Shown: piece after piece, positions 49,601 to 63,530 of the stretch
Position numbering within the stretch: position 1 is the first letter of the stretch
How the letters are laid out: each line of letters begins with the position of its first letter
DNA from: Acanthaster planci
Taxonomy: Eukaryota
Reading direction: 5' to 3'
NCBI RefSeq assembly: GCF_001949145.1
Contig: NW_019091361.1
Span: forward strand, 3,768,148 to 3,832,147
DNA: 64,000 nt
Position numbers and translations under genes: made by a program
Notes under the pieces: generated by a model
Told to the model about the DNA's origin: nothing
The model's database searches: none
What the model saw: the letters and a program-made list of their open reading frames with translations, nothing else

Positions 49601-52600
49601 AGTGGTCATTTCTATCTCCTTGCATGTTATTGTCAATATCTTATTGGTGCCTTAAGTTTTGGAGAAGTTTATTCAAAGTATTGAGATTTCCAAAATTTTC
49701 AGTCAAGGCCACGTGATAAAGTTATCACATGGTATGAATTGTTTTCAAAATGGTACCACACAGCTTTAAAAAGAAGTGCAACAATCATGGATGCCAGCTC
49801 AAGGCAATTATTACAAAACTGAAACTTTCAAAGCAGGTTTCCCACTCAAACTTGTAAGGGATTTGAATTACATGTATTATCTTCAAACTCTGTGTACATG
49901 TACATGGATAGGTCTTGGTGTTTCGCAGAAGCCAACTGAATTTGGAGATTGATCAAATATCAAGGTCATTATGGTTAAAAGCAATAGCTTTCCCACCATA
50001 ACTCAAAAAGGTGAATGTACCTGCTTCAAATTTTGCGGCCTTTAGAGGTATATTCAAAGGTGTAGTGCACTACTTCGGTCCCCATTGAAAATAGTGTAAA
50101 ATTGGCATTGTTCAAGGCCCAATAACATGCGTACCAACATCCCTGAGGTTTCTGAAACACATGTTAAATTATTGTACGGTCCATAATCTTTCAATTTTTT
50201 TTCAACTTTCTGTGGGTTAACCGATTACATTATTTTATTTAATCCCACAAATTAAAATTATCCCCCGAAAAGTGATTTTTCCAAATTCTGCTTGCAGCCA
50301 TTTTTCAAGTGAAAACCATCAATTTTCTTGGGCACTCAGGACCATTTTTCAACTGTATTTATTTAGCTATTCTACTCTGAGATGAAAGCCCAAAGACCCA
50401 GGGAATTGATCCTGGAAAAATTTTTCACACTCTCACCATTTTGGGGGCCATACAATCTCCTTTTTCTGGGGGACACTTTTAATGCTAATGAGCTGGCCAG
50501 AAATTCTCACTTGTATTAATTAGTGGACTGCACCCTTTGGATTTGGACCTCGTAAGTAACAGCTAAAGGTCATATGATTGAAAAGAATTGAAATTGTTGT
50601 CTTACTATAACCTTGAAATAATTAAACATTGGAATGTAGGCTGATTTTACTTAATGTCCTCATGAAGCCATTTGATTTTGAACTTCATGGGCAAAAAGTC
50701 GAGGTATTTATTGTGAAATACATATTGTAGAAATAGTTTTCCAATGTTTTTATCACAGATTAAAGTCATTAGTGTAGGCATTGGCTTGATGGGACATTTG
50801 TCTTTGTTTATTTACACCGTTCTTGTTTCTGTAGATATTGGGTGGCTTGTACAATCCAGGAGATGGCCACATTGACCCTTACTCTCTGACCCAAGCTTAC
50901 GCCATTGGAGCTCGTAAATATGGAGCCGAGATCTACATGCCAGCCAGCACACAGAGCCTCAAGCAGCGCAGTGATGGAGGCTGGGATGTAGAAACTGAGC
51001 ATGGCACACTGACTGCCAAGCGTGTTGTAAACGCTGCAGGTCGGTATTTATGTGTTCGGTCAGCGTAGGCCTATACTGTAACCCTTGCTATCTGAAGACA
51101 AGAGAGTATTGCAAGGCATTCTGTGATGGAAGATGTCAGATCATTGTTTCTCAATGTACAGTTGTCCTTGAAACTCTAAGTAAGACAGAAGAGGGAACAT
51201 GGAGGAAGAAAACGAATCAGAGACAGAAGAATTTGCAGATAAAATGTGGAATGCGATCCTTGTATCAACCATGTTGTGTACTAGGAGGAACTCTTAACGT
51301 CGGTACATAAACATCTGACGACAATGTCAACATATTGATGGAATGATTATGATGTGGTTGAGTACATGTATGGGTTTTGTGGCCTTCTCATGAGATGGGT
51401 TTGTGCATGTCATTGTCCAACCCCATGGACAGACGTCTAGTTAATAATGAACATGAAAGCATGGTTCCCTGCTTGCATCCTCCACCAGTTATTGCACAGT
51501 TAAAGCTAGCACACTGATTGCAGAGGCAAGACACAAGGGCAGTGCTCTGAAATACCTTAAGTTGGGATTGCTCTCTGCATGTTCTAGCTCCCAGCTAGCT
51601 TGGAACATTAGTAGTCGTGTTGTCAGGGCTTATCGGGGGCGGTCAGTTATTGCCAAGCACTTGCCGTCACCCTTAATTGCATTAAAGCAACATTTCTTTT
51701 TCCCCCACTTGCTTCTCATTAACCCAGGATTCTGGGCCACAGATGTGGGTCGCATGGCCGGCCTGGAGCTGCCCATAATATCCATCCAACACCAGTACAT
51801 CGTCACCTCCACAATTCCCGAGGTACAGGCCCTCCCGCGAGAGGTGCCAGTCATCCGGGACCTGGAGAACTCCTACTACCTCCGGCAGGAACGGTCAGGT
51901 TTATTGATTGGACCGTATGAGAAAAGCCACAAGATGAAACAGCAGGATGACTGGTTGAGGGATGGTGTGCCCCCGGGTAGGTGTGATGATGCACCTCCCT
52001 CCCGTGGCATCATAAAATAACAAAGTAAAAAGCATGAGCTCGGGTTTTCAAGAATCAGATAGCCGGTTATAATAGATCATGACTTTGCTGAAGACTAAGC
52101 ACTGCCAATCTTGAGCAGCAAGCTGCAAACGTTGGGCAAAACGATGAACACCAAGGTCGGCACAAAGAGTGGCAGTCAACTCTAGGAAGTCCATCAAATT
52201 ATGTGGCTGCATGGATGGCACCCTCCTCTCAGTGGAAATGAGGGTTCCTTTGTTTTAATTCTTTATGGTCATTTAAACAAACCCAAAGGTTCCTCAAATT
52301 GTACAGGCCAGAGGTAGCCCACAGGGCGACGTTTACATGCAACAGGAACACCTCTGAATAATCGTCCGGGAAAATAAAACATGGAATCAGGCAAGAGACT
52401 GAAAAACCCTATTCAGGTGTCGATATGGGTGGGATTGGAATCCCAGTCACTCGAGTTGAAAGGCAGTTTTCTGCCAGCAGTTGAAAGTTGTGGAATTTTT
52501 AAAGCATTGCAGAAACATTCCTGGAATAGTCTTCCCTTCTATAGGAAAGACCTTTGAAGTAGCATCCAGTACCAGTCCCACGACTCTCCATATAAAGTCC

Positions 52601-55600
52601 AAGGAAGACTGCATTCAGATGTCTTAGACGGCTTTGCCAAACTACAGTTCCTAATTTTTTTTGACCAACATAATAGCATTCTTTGCAAAAACTAAAATTC
52701 CTGGAATTCCTTTCCTTTACCGTAGTCCCGAAATATCTTGAAAATTATCGGAAAGAGATGGAACTGACAGGTCCTAGAGAAACCTGGAATCATTTGCAAG
52801 TATAGAAATTTTCCTCAGTGATCCTCAAATTTCAGACCAGCACCGGAAGATATGGGAGTCACGAGGACAAAAATATAGCACAAAGTCTTGAAAGTCAATG
52901 GATTCAAAATTCCAGTGAAGTTATATATTTATCCCAAGGTCTGAGTTGGCAATTTTTTTTCAGTGATAAAATTTGTAACAAGTCATTGCAAAAAATCATC
53001 ACTTTTAAAGCTACTTAAGAGACATCTTTATCATACACATACACGGTAGTACACCAAGGTACAGTGTGATTAGACTATGGTTCTTGGTTTTTAAATCTGT
53101 GTGCAAACCTTGTGACTGACAAAAAGATTATTTCTGCTTTTGTCGTCCATTTCAGGCTTTGGCAAAGAGTTGTTTGAGAGTGATTTGGATCGACTTATGG
53201 AGCATGTGGAAGGGGCCATGCAGCGTGTTCCTGTCCTCCAGACTGCGGACATTCAGAGCATCGTTTGTGGACCCATCACCTACACCCCTGACACTTTGGG
53301 GATGATTGGACCCTACCAGGGACTGAAGAACTTCTGGCTTGCCTGTGGCTCAAGGTAGAGCATTAAATAAGCCTGTTAGTTGCCATGTGGTCATAACAGC
53401 CACACCAACAGAAAGTGCTAAGACTCGGTCACAGAGGAGAGAGTGTGTTATCTTCAACAAAAAATGAAATGAAATGGCATATATCATTTCTTGAAGCTAA
53501 CTTATGGGATCCAATTTGATATATTTCATTCATGGCGTGGTATTTTGTTCACAAGTGGGCTTTCATTTCTTACAAGGGGAAATTGGTCAAAATGCGTGGT
53601 ACTCGGGCGATTGGAACACCTGTTGTACACATTGTGATTGTATGAATATACAATCACAATGTGTACCTAGACAGTCTTTGATGTATGTTTGTGTCGATCT
53701 CAAAGGTAAAAGTATTTCCACATGATTGCGTACATGTAGTATCAAGGACCATTGGGTGATGCTCTTTGCATCTGTTTATGTTGATATCGAATCTAGGCAT
53801 CACTGGCTTTTATCCCCGTAAGATCCACATATCATATGAGTGGTTTTCAACCAATTTACTTGTAAGTGAATGCTTGTTTAATGGCCTCTTTTCATTTTCA
53901 AATGCTTGGTTCTCTTTTGTCCTGTTAGAAGTGGCCTTAAATAGACTTGCTTGGTATTTGGAAGTTTGTGTAGGCAGTAGTCATTCATTGCAATGTGGAA
54001 TTTTGCCCTTGACCGATCTCTACACCCTCTGTCACTTGACTCAATGGTAAAACAGTGATTGCTAAAACAAGTGGGAGGTATCAGGCTCGAATCCCACGTG
54101 AGTATTAGCTTGTGAACTATCAGTGTAGTACTTGGTTGCTTTCTGTGTCTTTTTTTAGTGGTGGCATCATCCATGCTGGTGGCCTAGGCAAGTACATCAG
54201 TGACTGGATGATTGACGGGGAGCCACCGTATGATCTGGTGGAGTTGGATGCCAATCGCTTCGGCAATTGGACAAGCAGGTTAGTCCTTCCTCTATTACTT
54301 GGAAGAGAAACATCTTGTGATTGTTCACGCTGAAAAAGTTGAATGCGAAGGAGCTGTTTGAGAATGTGATTGTTGGCTAGTGGCTGAATTCACTTGTCAC
54401 AGACACAGCGTTACTTTTGTTCTGCTCTATCATTCACTTACGTGCTTCTTATAGAAGTTTTTTTGTATTGTGCGCATTCTAATGAAAGCTAGCTGCTGTC
54501 CCAGTGCTGTGTCTTATTTCCATCTAGGGCCGGAAATAACACTCATGCCCTATGGAAGCCAGTGGATATTGGCTGAATTCATTTACCGTAGACGGAGCCA
54601 CACTTCCAATATGCATCCCACTGAAAGCTGGTCACTTTCTTTTGCTGTTTGCCCTTGTGCCAACCCGTGTGCGGGCCTTGCTATCTTTATGTGGACCCGC
54701 AATGAAAGCATGTCCACATCATGCAGGTTGTATGAACCGTGCAATGTATGGACAAAGGCAGTTCTCCAAAAAAGTGTTTTTTTTCTCTGAAAAGCAGACT
54801 TTAGAGGCAATTGGGCCAGGGTTATCTGTAGCAAATCCAGCCGTGCAAGTGTTCACAGTTCAAAATAAATGAGTATTTTCACCAAGTTCTCTTTACGGAT
54901 TAAGAAGAAAACAATGTCCGCACGAGGTAGGGGGGCTATATAATGTAACTGCGTGTCTTTAACCCCTTTTATCATAAAGTTACGGTAAAATATAATACTA
55001 TACTCAGCAAATGTCCCAACTCTTTGCCCGTTGTGTGGAGTCTGAATTTATCAGTTGTGTTGGTCTTGTTTGCTAACAAACCTTGCTGGCCTATTTTCAT
55101 GCACGTGCACAGCGGGTCCGCGTTGGGCTGTGTTTTCATGTCATGTTATGCGAGGTCGAAGTCTGCTTTCCTTTCTGGTTTAATCACGCATAGGGTGAGG
55201 GGCCCAAATGCAACTTGAAGTTGCGCATACGCAAATTTAAAGTCGCGCGTATGCTAATTGCTTGGGACCAACTTGTGACCAATGAAAAGTGTTACTGTTG
55301 CATGGGACGCCTTAATTACAGGAAACCACAATTAGTTTGTCACTCTATCACAGCCTTCCGAACTGGTTGACCTTCTTCAATTTGCTGACAAATTTTCCTA
55401 CCGCCACCCCAAATGCTCCTTCATGTGTTCTTATTGGGGAGGCATCAATCCTGTTCTTTTTCTGGCTGGCAAATTTTGGCGGACCAGCAACCCAATTCAT
55501 TGTGCATTTGCAGTTTTGGGATAAGACTGATCTCTTTTGTCTTGGAATTTTGTAACCTGACTATAGTATAGCGCCCCCCTTTGCCAAGTGGCTATACATG

Positions 55601-58600
55601 TACTCAAGACTGAATGTTCAACATCAGTGGGAAGACGAAATGTGTTGCACTAGCTGTGTATTTATGTAGGTAATTTCACTCCCGACTAAAATGCTCAACG
55701 TTATAGTGGGAAATTTTGTGATGATAATGTCATTTTAATAACTGAACGGACCTTTTGGTCCCGACATGGTTCGGGTCTGGTGTACCCATGGTTCGGGTCT
55801 GGTGTACCCATGGTTCGGGTCTGGTGTGCCCACGGTTTGGGTCCGGTGTACCCATTTCTTACTGTTCGGTTTGAATGAATAACATATTGCTAGTATGGTC
55901 GGAGTCTGAGTTTAATACTAGTTCTCATAAGTATGCCACACAGTGTACACAATGTATGTACATTTCGGTGCAAAAGGCCTGCACCAGAGTGGTCAGTCAA
56001 ATGGAGTGCCTGTTAAGCTCTATATAAAATAGCCTAGGAATTTGCAAAGTGAAAAGAGGGCTCTTCTGCTAAATACCGTGCATTGTGTGTATGCTTCATG
56101 TGACCTATGCTGCAGTTGCATTTTGCTTAGCAGTATTTCGTGCTCATGCAGTCTCACCACTGTGACACTGGACCCAGGGGATCGGAGACCGTGGAGTATT
56201 CACAGAGAGTTTGGTGTGAGATATCTTTGGTTTTAACATCCTGTTTCCATTAGCTTCATGTGCTTATTGAAATTGGTTCTTCAAAATTAAGCGACACTGA
56301 TATCCAGGAATTATAGATTACAGTATTCATTGCCAGTGTCACAGTTACACTACTAGCTGCTCAACGTCAAGTCGCAGAAGTAAATTCAAAGTATTAAACA
56401 AACACTCTATGTGTTCTTGAAAGATGCCATTTCAGAAGTTGTGCCTTGGGTAGGTATACCTTCTTTTTACCTGCCGTGTCACCACTCCGCCAAGTTGTTC
56501 CCTACCCAGAGAGCATATGTCAGAAATGGGACAATGTCTGTTAATTGCAGGGAGTACACGAGCGCTAAGGCACGTGAGATGTACGGCATGAACAATGCCA
56601 TCACCTGGGCCCGTGAAGAGCGGTGGGCGGGCAGACCGACCAAACGCGTCAGTGGAATATATGACAAGCTGAAATCCCGAGGGGCCGAGTTCGGATTTCA
56701 TTCAGGTGGGTATTGCATGATGGTTGATATAAAAAGCTATAATGGTCTGAGAGAGTAAACCCTCATCACTATCCACAAGTCTGACCCATATTTCAATCAT
56801 AGCTTTCTTCGTAGTTTTTGGTGGATTCTGCCGAAATTTTCCACACTAAAATGAATTTTGAGAAAATGCAATAAAAGTTCTTGCATGAGTGCCCACAAAT
56901 ACTTATTATAAATATTAATTTGTTAATTGTCTTTACCCTGTTGTTCACACAAAAAAATCAATGTTGACTTCTGAAAAAGGGGAGAGTAAACAAATACACA
57001 TATGTGATGTCAACCATCATTTGTATCTCAATTATGCATCTAGTTTTTAATGCCCATCAGCAGGTAAAGTGTCTTATACTTTGAAATTTTTGATTTTGTA
57101 CCCAAGTGCATGAAATTAGAATTGTTTTGAAACTCCGTGAAGTAATATCTCTGTGTCCAAAAAGTGCTTTTTATCCACTTTTGTGAAATCCCGGTAAGTC
57201 TCAAATGTCAAAGTACATATCGAGGTCCATGTGCAAACTCTGTTAGATCCTATATTATGAACAGCATATCAGTATTTAAGTTCGTGAGATACAGATTTTT
57301 TTTATTTACCATGAAATCACTTGTAGCGTGATACCTGATGACGTCATCGTGATGTCAAACTTGCATGCACTCACAAGGCAGATGCAGGAGGCAAATAGGG
57401 GCCATGCGTGGCCCCTCCATGTTTTAAAAAAAGAGAGAAAAGTGATTTGTTTTCTCTTTTCCAGGTTTGTTCCTTCCACGGCGTGAAAAAAGCCTCTAGA
57501 CGTAGCATCTCCCCCAGAAAGGCCCCAAAAAAATGACATGAGAAAACTTGAAAAATGTCTGACACCCCAACTCCCCCCCAAAATAAATTTGGCCCCCAGA
57601 CAAAATTTCGTTTTAAGTCCACCCATGTGCACATCTAGGGATCAGGGGTGATGTTCTTGGTTTCAAGTTAATACATAGCATACAGTCTTGGAGAAAAGCC
57701 ACAGAGAATCATCCAGAAAAAAAAAGGAAAGAGAAACTGAGATAGATCATTACAAACCCAAGAGGTGACCAGCAGTACTCGATCACCTCATTCCCCCGTG
57801 TATATATCTGCTGTGGTTGTTTTATCTTAGGCTGGGAACAGCCCCACTGGTTTGCACTGGATGGCGACGAGGCCGGGTACAAACCCAGTTTTCGTCGGTC
57901 CAACTGGTTTGAGCCGGTTGGGCGAGAGTACGAAATGGTGATGAAGCGAGCCGGGATCATCGACCTCAGCCCGTTTGCCAAGATTGAGGTGACGGGAAAA
58001 GACGCTTACGGATACCTGGACAGCCTGCTGGCCAACAAACTGCCGGCTGTAAGGACTATTATGTAGTTCCCTGCTTGTCTATAGTCCAATACTTCACATT
58101 TTACAAATATGGTTTGAGGGTGGATAGTAGATTTCAGCTCCCCAAGGTATTGGACACTAGGTCCCAATGTAAAATTGACCATTTGTAGATGTTTTTATAT
58201 GTTTTTCACACCAGAGCTGTTTATAGAGAGACGAGAGTTCCGACATGAGTGTCTCAACTGTTGGAACCAATATGGTGGATTTACATCTGTGTACATGGAC
58301 AATTAGCACACAGTAGCTGCGTTTTGTACTGCATACATAATGAACAGCCATTTTGGTTCCAAAGTTTGAAATCTACTGTCTGTATACAGCTGTGCCACAC
58401 ATCTGACAATTTTAGTTGCCATTGAATCATCAGGAGCAAGAAAAGGCAGCACATGAACATGTGCAGCAATCTGTTCATGTGTACAGTGTTCGTATAGCAT
58501 AACTAAGGTGATGCTGGTACATTCCTACTTTGCCCATGTGCACCATTCCACCAAACTGTTTCCGGGGAGCACGGTTTAGCACAGTTACTATTGTTCCAGG

Positions 58601-61600
58601 GAAAAGTCAGTACGTTAGCATACACTACTCAAAAAAAAGTTAAGGACCACTCTTTTCTTAACTTGTAATTTTTTCCAAGTAATGTATGGGGTCTAGTTCT
58701 TTTATTTTTTGTTTGTCTAGATGGTGTTCTCGATTAAATAACTGAATAATAAAAAATGTTTCAAAACATCAAATGCACATTTTCAGCAAAAAGTGTGCAC
58801 AAGATAAAAAGTGGTCCTCAACGTTTTTTGAGTAGTGTATGTTTGACTTGTAAGTTAATACTTACATATGCTCCTGGTAAATAACAGAAATGGTGACTAG
58901 AACCTGATGCTAAATGAACCAGTGAGAGTCCAGCTTTCGATCATGAATATGTATGAGGTATGGTATTTTTCACAAGCCATCACATATAACAATAGTACTT
59001 TACCTTCAGCTGGAGGACAATAAGACAGGAATGTCTGTATTTATGCATGAATATAAACATTTTTCAAGTTCCGATTGCATGGGATTTTGTGACCTTCACC
59101 TGTCGAAGTTTTATTAATTTTTATTTCTGGTAACGAGGGTTCTTCAAAAGTGCCCATCACAGGCTTCACAGTAGCTCACAGAATTAAGAAACCTGGCAAT
59201 GAGCCCGTTTAAGTACAGCAGACACTGTTTGGTTTGGGTAAGATAGTGTTGATAATTACTTCAATTTACCATACTTTGCTCTACACCACCAAATAAGCTA
59301 ATGAAGGCATGTTCGGGGGTAGGGGAAATCCTTTAATGGTATTGCAACATGTGTCACAAAGGTGGAAAGTTAGGAAAGTATTGTTGGCCCACCTCGCACC
59401 CCTCTTCGCGTGAAGCCACTGCGATCATTTACGAAGTACTTGACTGTGGCCACATATGAAACTTGGTTGTTGAATTTGTTGGCAGGATGCAATGCTCTGG
59501 AAATCTTGTCCACATTTGTTGAAACACCTGTGAGCATATTATACACAGATTCACCCTCTCTTCTCCTGTCGGTGAGGGTGCACTTGAACTGTGCCCGCTG
59601 AGAGTATCACAGTGCGGTCGAAGCTGCCTCCTGTCCCGACCGCCCCCCATCATTCTCAGGGGTGCACCTTTTGTTCTGTAATTACGCTACGGAGTGGAAT
59701 AGATAGTGTCACCAGGTCAGTTAGAACCCTCGTGAGGTGGAAGCTTTGTTTCTAATGCAGCCAGGTCAACTAAACGCTGTCAACCAAAGTTAACAACCTG
59801 TAGAGTCACATTTCTCTATTATGGTGTATCCGATTCAAGGGTCCATGGGAAGGGATAAAGGAATTAATTGTTTCCATACCGACTGTCCAATTATTGTCTT
59901 TGAAAGAATCCTCACCTAGCCCCCAGAGAAAGGTCACGTAGTTGTACCATTTTTAAAGCACTGGCATCCTCACCCCCCAAAAAAAATTGAAACCGGCAAC
60001 ATGTTAGGGGACCCCCCGCTTGGATACGCAACCTTTCTTTTACCAAACGTTGGTAATGATTAACCAATGTCCATATTTACATAAAAATTCCCAAGCACAT
60101 ATTTGTAGTGGGTATGGATGATTATCAGTATATGTCTCAGACAAGGAGTGATTCGCCCCTCTGCATATCACCGTACCTAGGTTGGTCAATGCGCCCTGTG
60201 CCATATGCTGTCACCCAAGGGAAAGGTCTACACTGAGGTTACAGTAAGCCGACTGGCAGAGAACAAGTTCCTGGTCATCACAGGTTCTGGCGTAGAGTTC
60301 CATGACCTAAGGTCGGCCTAGAGTATCAAAAATTCCCCTTTCTCCGTCTCGTATTAGGAAGAATGAAAATTCAACATAGGTTTCAAGTTGTAGAAAAAGG
60401 TTACCGTTACTTCACATTTGAAAAATAAAAATTAAATAAACAGCAAATTACCATGAATTTTGTTCGATTGCTTCATGGATGTATAAAAGAATATACTAAA
60501 CAAAAATATTTTGAAATCACGGGAATAAGTTTGAGCGTTACCGGGAGCAATGAAGCATGCAAAGGGCTTGAACACCTTCAGAGTAAACTTTGAAATAAGT
60601 AATAATACTTTTAGTGTAAAATTGTTCAGTGTTATGACCGCTCCTCCAATCTGAAGATGTGTTTGTAACTTTCCAAAACCAGTTGGATGGAAGATTTTGC
60701 TTGGAAAGGCAACTACGAAGTCAGCTTAAACAACTTCACTGACAGCATGGCCTGTCTCTGCCTGGCAGGGCCGTTGTCTCGAGACGTGCTGGCTCTCATC
60801 ACTGACGCCGACCTGACCAATGATGCATTCGCCTTCATGGACGTCAAGGATATCACTGTCGGCGATGTGCCCGTCACTGCTGTCCGAATCTCCTACACAG
60901 GTAATGCAAACCGACTTGAAGTCAGAACACAAGAGCATCATGAGATCATCACGTTTATAACACCTCACCTTTAGATTCTGTATCTTGACTGGCTAAGAGC
61001 TTGTCACATGGCATTCACTTATTTATACTAATTTGCTGTACAAGATCAAATGTACTATTCCAATAGCAGCCAAAGCACTACGGGCATCAGGTGCCAATGC
61101 ATGTTACACAAGTGTACACATTCTATTTATTCCCAGCTGCTAAAAAAAGACACCACAGGGCTGGGTTGAAATTTCTTTGTTCGGGTGGTATGAAGAATTT
61201 CTCGTAAATTGTCAACAAATTTGTTTCAACAATTATTTAAGTTACACTTATCAGTTATCACCTAATTCAAGAAGAATCTATGGGAGGGGATTTCTTTTAA
61301 ACGTACACATTGTTTGCTTTGGTCTTGTGGTGTTGTAAAACTATGGTTTCTGCAGCCTTTCTATTTTTCACATTATATTTTCCTCCAGCTTCACCTCAGG
61401 AATAGACTTATCGATGGACTGCCCTGGGACATAACTTCTGCCGCATTACTCAAAGCAGTCAATATTTGTATAGAAGCTCAGAGGCATTTTGAAGTAAAAT
61501 AGCTGTTTCTGTCATGAAGTAATAAAAAATATTGCCATTAATGGCTGTGTCATTTCTCTTTCAGACCTACTTGTTTTATGTCACTGGTAGTTTGGGTCAT

Positions 61601-63530
61601 CTGGCTGATAGGCATCTGAAACTGGCATAATATTCTCACAGAATTACCCCTCCCCCCCAAAAAAAAAATAAAACATGTCTCTGACATCCAAGGCCTTATT
61701 TTCAAATTATACAAAACAATGTATTTCCAGATATAGTAAACTTTCAAACTTTTGAATTTTGAAATCAGCAACCAATTAATTTGTTTTAAAAAAAAATGAT
61801 TGTTTTCTCCTCAAGGCGAACTTGGCTGGGAGTTTTATCACAAGGCGGAGGACACAGCCAAGCTCTACGATGCTCTGCTTGAGGCAGGAAAGCCCTTGGG
61901 AGTTGGAGACTTTGGATTATACGCGATGAACGCCATGCGCATCGAAAAGGGATTTCGCATGTTGGGACAAGAGGTAATTATGGTGTCAAAGTTGAAGGAC
62001 ATTAAGCAAAGGCTTCAAACGGTAGCAATGGAAGAGTCCTGTTAACTTAAAGACAGTTGCATGCATGTGTCAAGTCCCACAAAAGTCCCTGCTAGACCAT
62101 CGCTAGTCATCTAGTCTCAAGCCAAGTTACAATATTCAAATGATTTGTGACAGAAGCATTCCTTTGTCATTGTTCACCTTGTTTACATACATGTATGACT
62201 GGTCTCCTAGAAGGACTTGTTACTGCACTCATGGAAGGATTTGTAATGGGCTCATATCACCTGTGCTACTGGTTGCATTGCCATTTATACATGTATCTGT
62301 CTTCAAATATAGTTTGTGATTTTGTTGTGAAATCGTAACTGCTTTGACTGAATAGGTTTGATATGTTATGTTATGTTATAATAGGTTTTTTATGTGACTC
62401 TGAAAAAACTGTGATTTATCTTTCATCGTCTCTGAAGCAATGGATCCTTCAGCATAGAAAGAGAAATATGTTAATGTAGAGAGAAAGATTTTTGTTATCT
62501 GCAGGTCCCGCTTGATTGGTGCCATTTGGTGATATCCTGTCCAATAGAGTCAGTAGTTCTGCTGACTTGTCACATTTTAACGACGCAATTTGTTTGCCAA
62601 GTGGGGTCCTTTATTTATTAATTAAAGTTTTATCTGCTCATCCAACATCACATTTAACGCCAATTATATGATGATAACGAGTGAGAAAGACAGTGAAGAA
62701 AGGTTCAGTTTTAGAGGTGGGAGGAAAACCCCGGATAAATGTTTTGGAGAAAACCCACGGACTCATGCAGGGACTGAACACCAAATCCACATGTGGACCA
62801 AGCTGGATTTGAACTGCGGCCCCCAGAGGTGGAAGGCGAGGGAAAAACACTACACAAACTTTATTTCTAACTGTTGAAGTTACATGTACATCACCCGCTG
62901 TTCCATGTTTTGTTTCACAGATGTCAATGGACAATAACCCATTTGAAGCTGGGTTGGATATATTCATCAAACTCAAAAAGGTCAGTCTGAGAAATAGGTC
63001 CTGCAAATGAGGATTCGAGCCAACTCCCACATCATTGAAGTAAGCTAGGCTTAAAATAAGAGAAAGCTTCAGAGTATTGTCACCAGAAAAAAAATGTCTC
63101 CACTTTTTCAGGAGGCCGACTTTGTTGGTAAGGCGGCCGTTCAGAAGATGAAAGACGAGGGACTTCAGCGTAAACTGGTTCTGCTGACGGTGCCCAACAC
63201 TGACAATGTTGACCCTGAAGGCAACGAGACACTCTGGCTTAATGGCAAGGTGAAAGGAAATGTGATTCATGCTTCTGGTAGATTGGGGCAGTTTCTGAAC
63301 ATTACTTACTGGTTTCTGAACATTACTGGTAGGTTGTCGGCAACACCACGTCAGGCTGTTACAGCTACCACCTCGGCCAGAGCATCTGCTATGCTTACCT
63401 GCCCATGGAGCTGACGGCAGTTGGGACAGAGGTTGAAGTAGAGCTCTTGGGAAAGAGGTACCCCTCAACAGTGACCAAGGAGCCGCTGCTGCTCAAGGAG
63501 CAAGCCAGAAGGAGGCAGAAATCCGAATAA
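37650..63530 (+). CDS. DMGDH: Dimethylglycine dehydrogenase-like, mitochondrial precursor, 16 exons, 871 aa
   Basis: Exons 37650-37774, 38218-38395, 42808-42906, 49053-49217, 50835-51039, 51728-51976, 53156-53354, 54159-54278, 56551-56705, 57831-58048, 60181-60311, 60683-60900, 61816-61973, 62921-62980, 63112-63249, 63333-63530 (TAA). Total 2616 nt, all GT-AG and phase-consistent. [12 protein letters not shown] motif, [15 protein letters not shown] (covalent FAD His), [41 protein letters not shown]; Arg-rich N-terminus resembling a transit peptide. Confidence 0.95.
38949..42678 (+). mobile_element. LTR retrotransposon (probably Gypsy-type, non-autonomous or decayed) in DMGDH intron 2
   Basis: 5' LTR 38949-39425 (TGTAG...CTACA). 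3' LTR visible at 42335-42678 with its start lost in an N gap. TSD TTAG at 38945-38948 and 42679-42682. PBS-like TGGCGTCGTCGG at 39430, resembling the complement of a tRNA-Ser 3' end. No RT or integrase motif in the visible interior. Confidence 0.88.
40987..44044. other. Three assembly gaps (about 40987-41307, 42182-42333, 43359-44044)
   Basis: Runs of N within or next to the retroelements; a single N also at 48127. Confidence 0.99.
44045..48680 (-). mobile_element. Decayed tyrosine-recombinase retrotransposon (DIRS order, Ngaro-like) in DMGDH intron 3
   Basis: RT 44158-45108 ([49 protein letters not shown]). Gag-like 45218-45793 ([10 protein letters not shown]) with a frameshifted [14 protein letters not shown] knuckle at 45255-45296. 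Possible YR remnant [13 protein letters not shown] near 44090-44190. Multiple frameshifts; boundaries approximate. Confidence 0.85.
55765..55854. repeat. 22-bp minisatellite, about 4 copies
   Basis: catggttcgggtctggtgtacc tandem units, last copy more diverged. Confidence 0.92.
58623..58837. mobile_element. Tc1/mariner-type MITE with TA target-site duplication
   Basis: TA|cactactcaaaaaaaagttaaggaccact ... agtggtcctcaacgttttttgagtagtg|TA. Confidence 0.85.
62704..62859 (-). mobile_element. tRNA-derived SINE fragment
   Basis: Minus strand has a B-box-like gttcaaatcc followed by gtgggttttctcc...ggggttttcctcccac, a central motif common to many aquatic-animal SINEs. Related decayed fragments at about 19720-19780 and 52340-52465. 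Confidence 0.55.

Noticed and set aside
55765..55854. CRISPR-like array
   Set aside because: Head-to-tail tandem repeat without unique spacers, in a eukaryotic intron
62638..63468. 276-aa minus-strand ORF
   Set aside because: Antisense shadow of DMGDH exons 14-16 plus a SINE; no independent motif
37650..63530. Sarcosine dehydrogenase or PDPR assignment
   Set aside because: [33 protein letters not shown] and DPEGNE match DMGDH rather than SARDH
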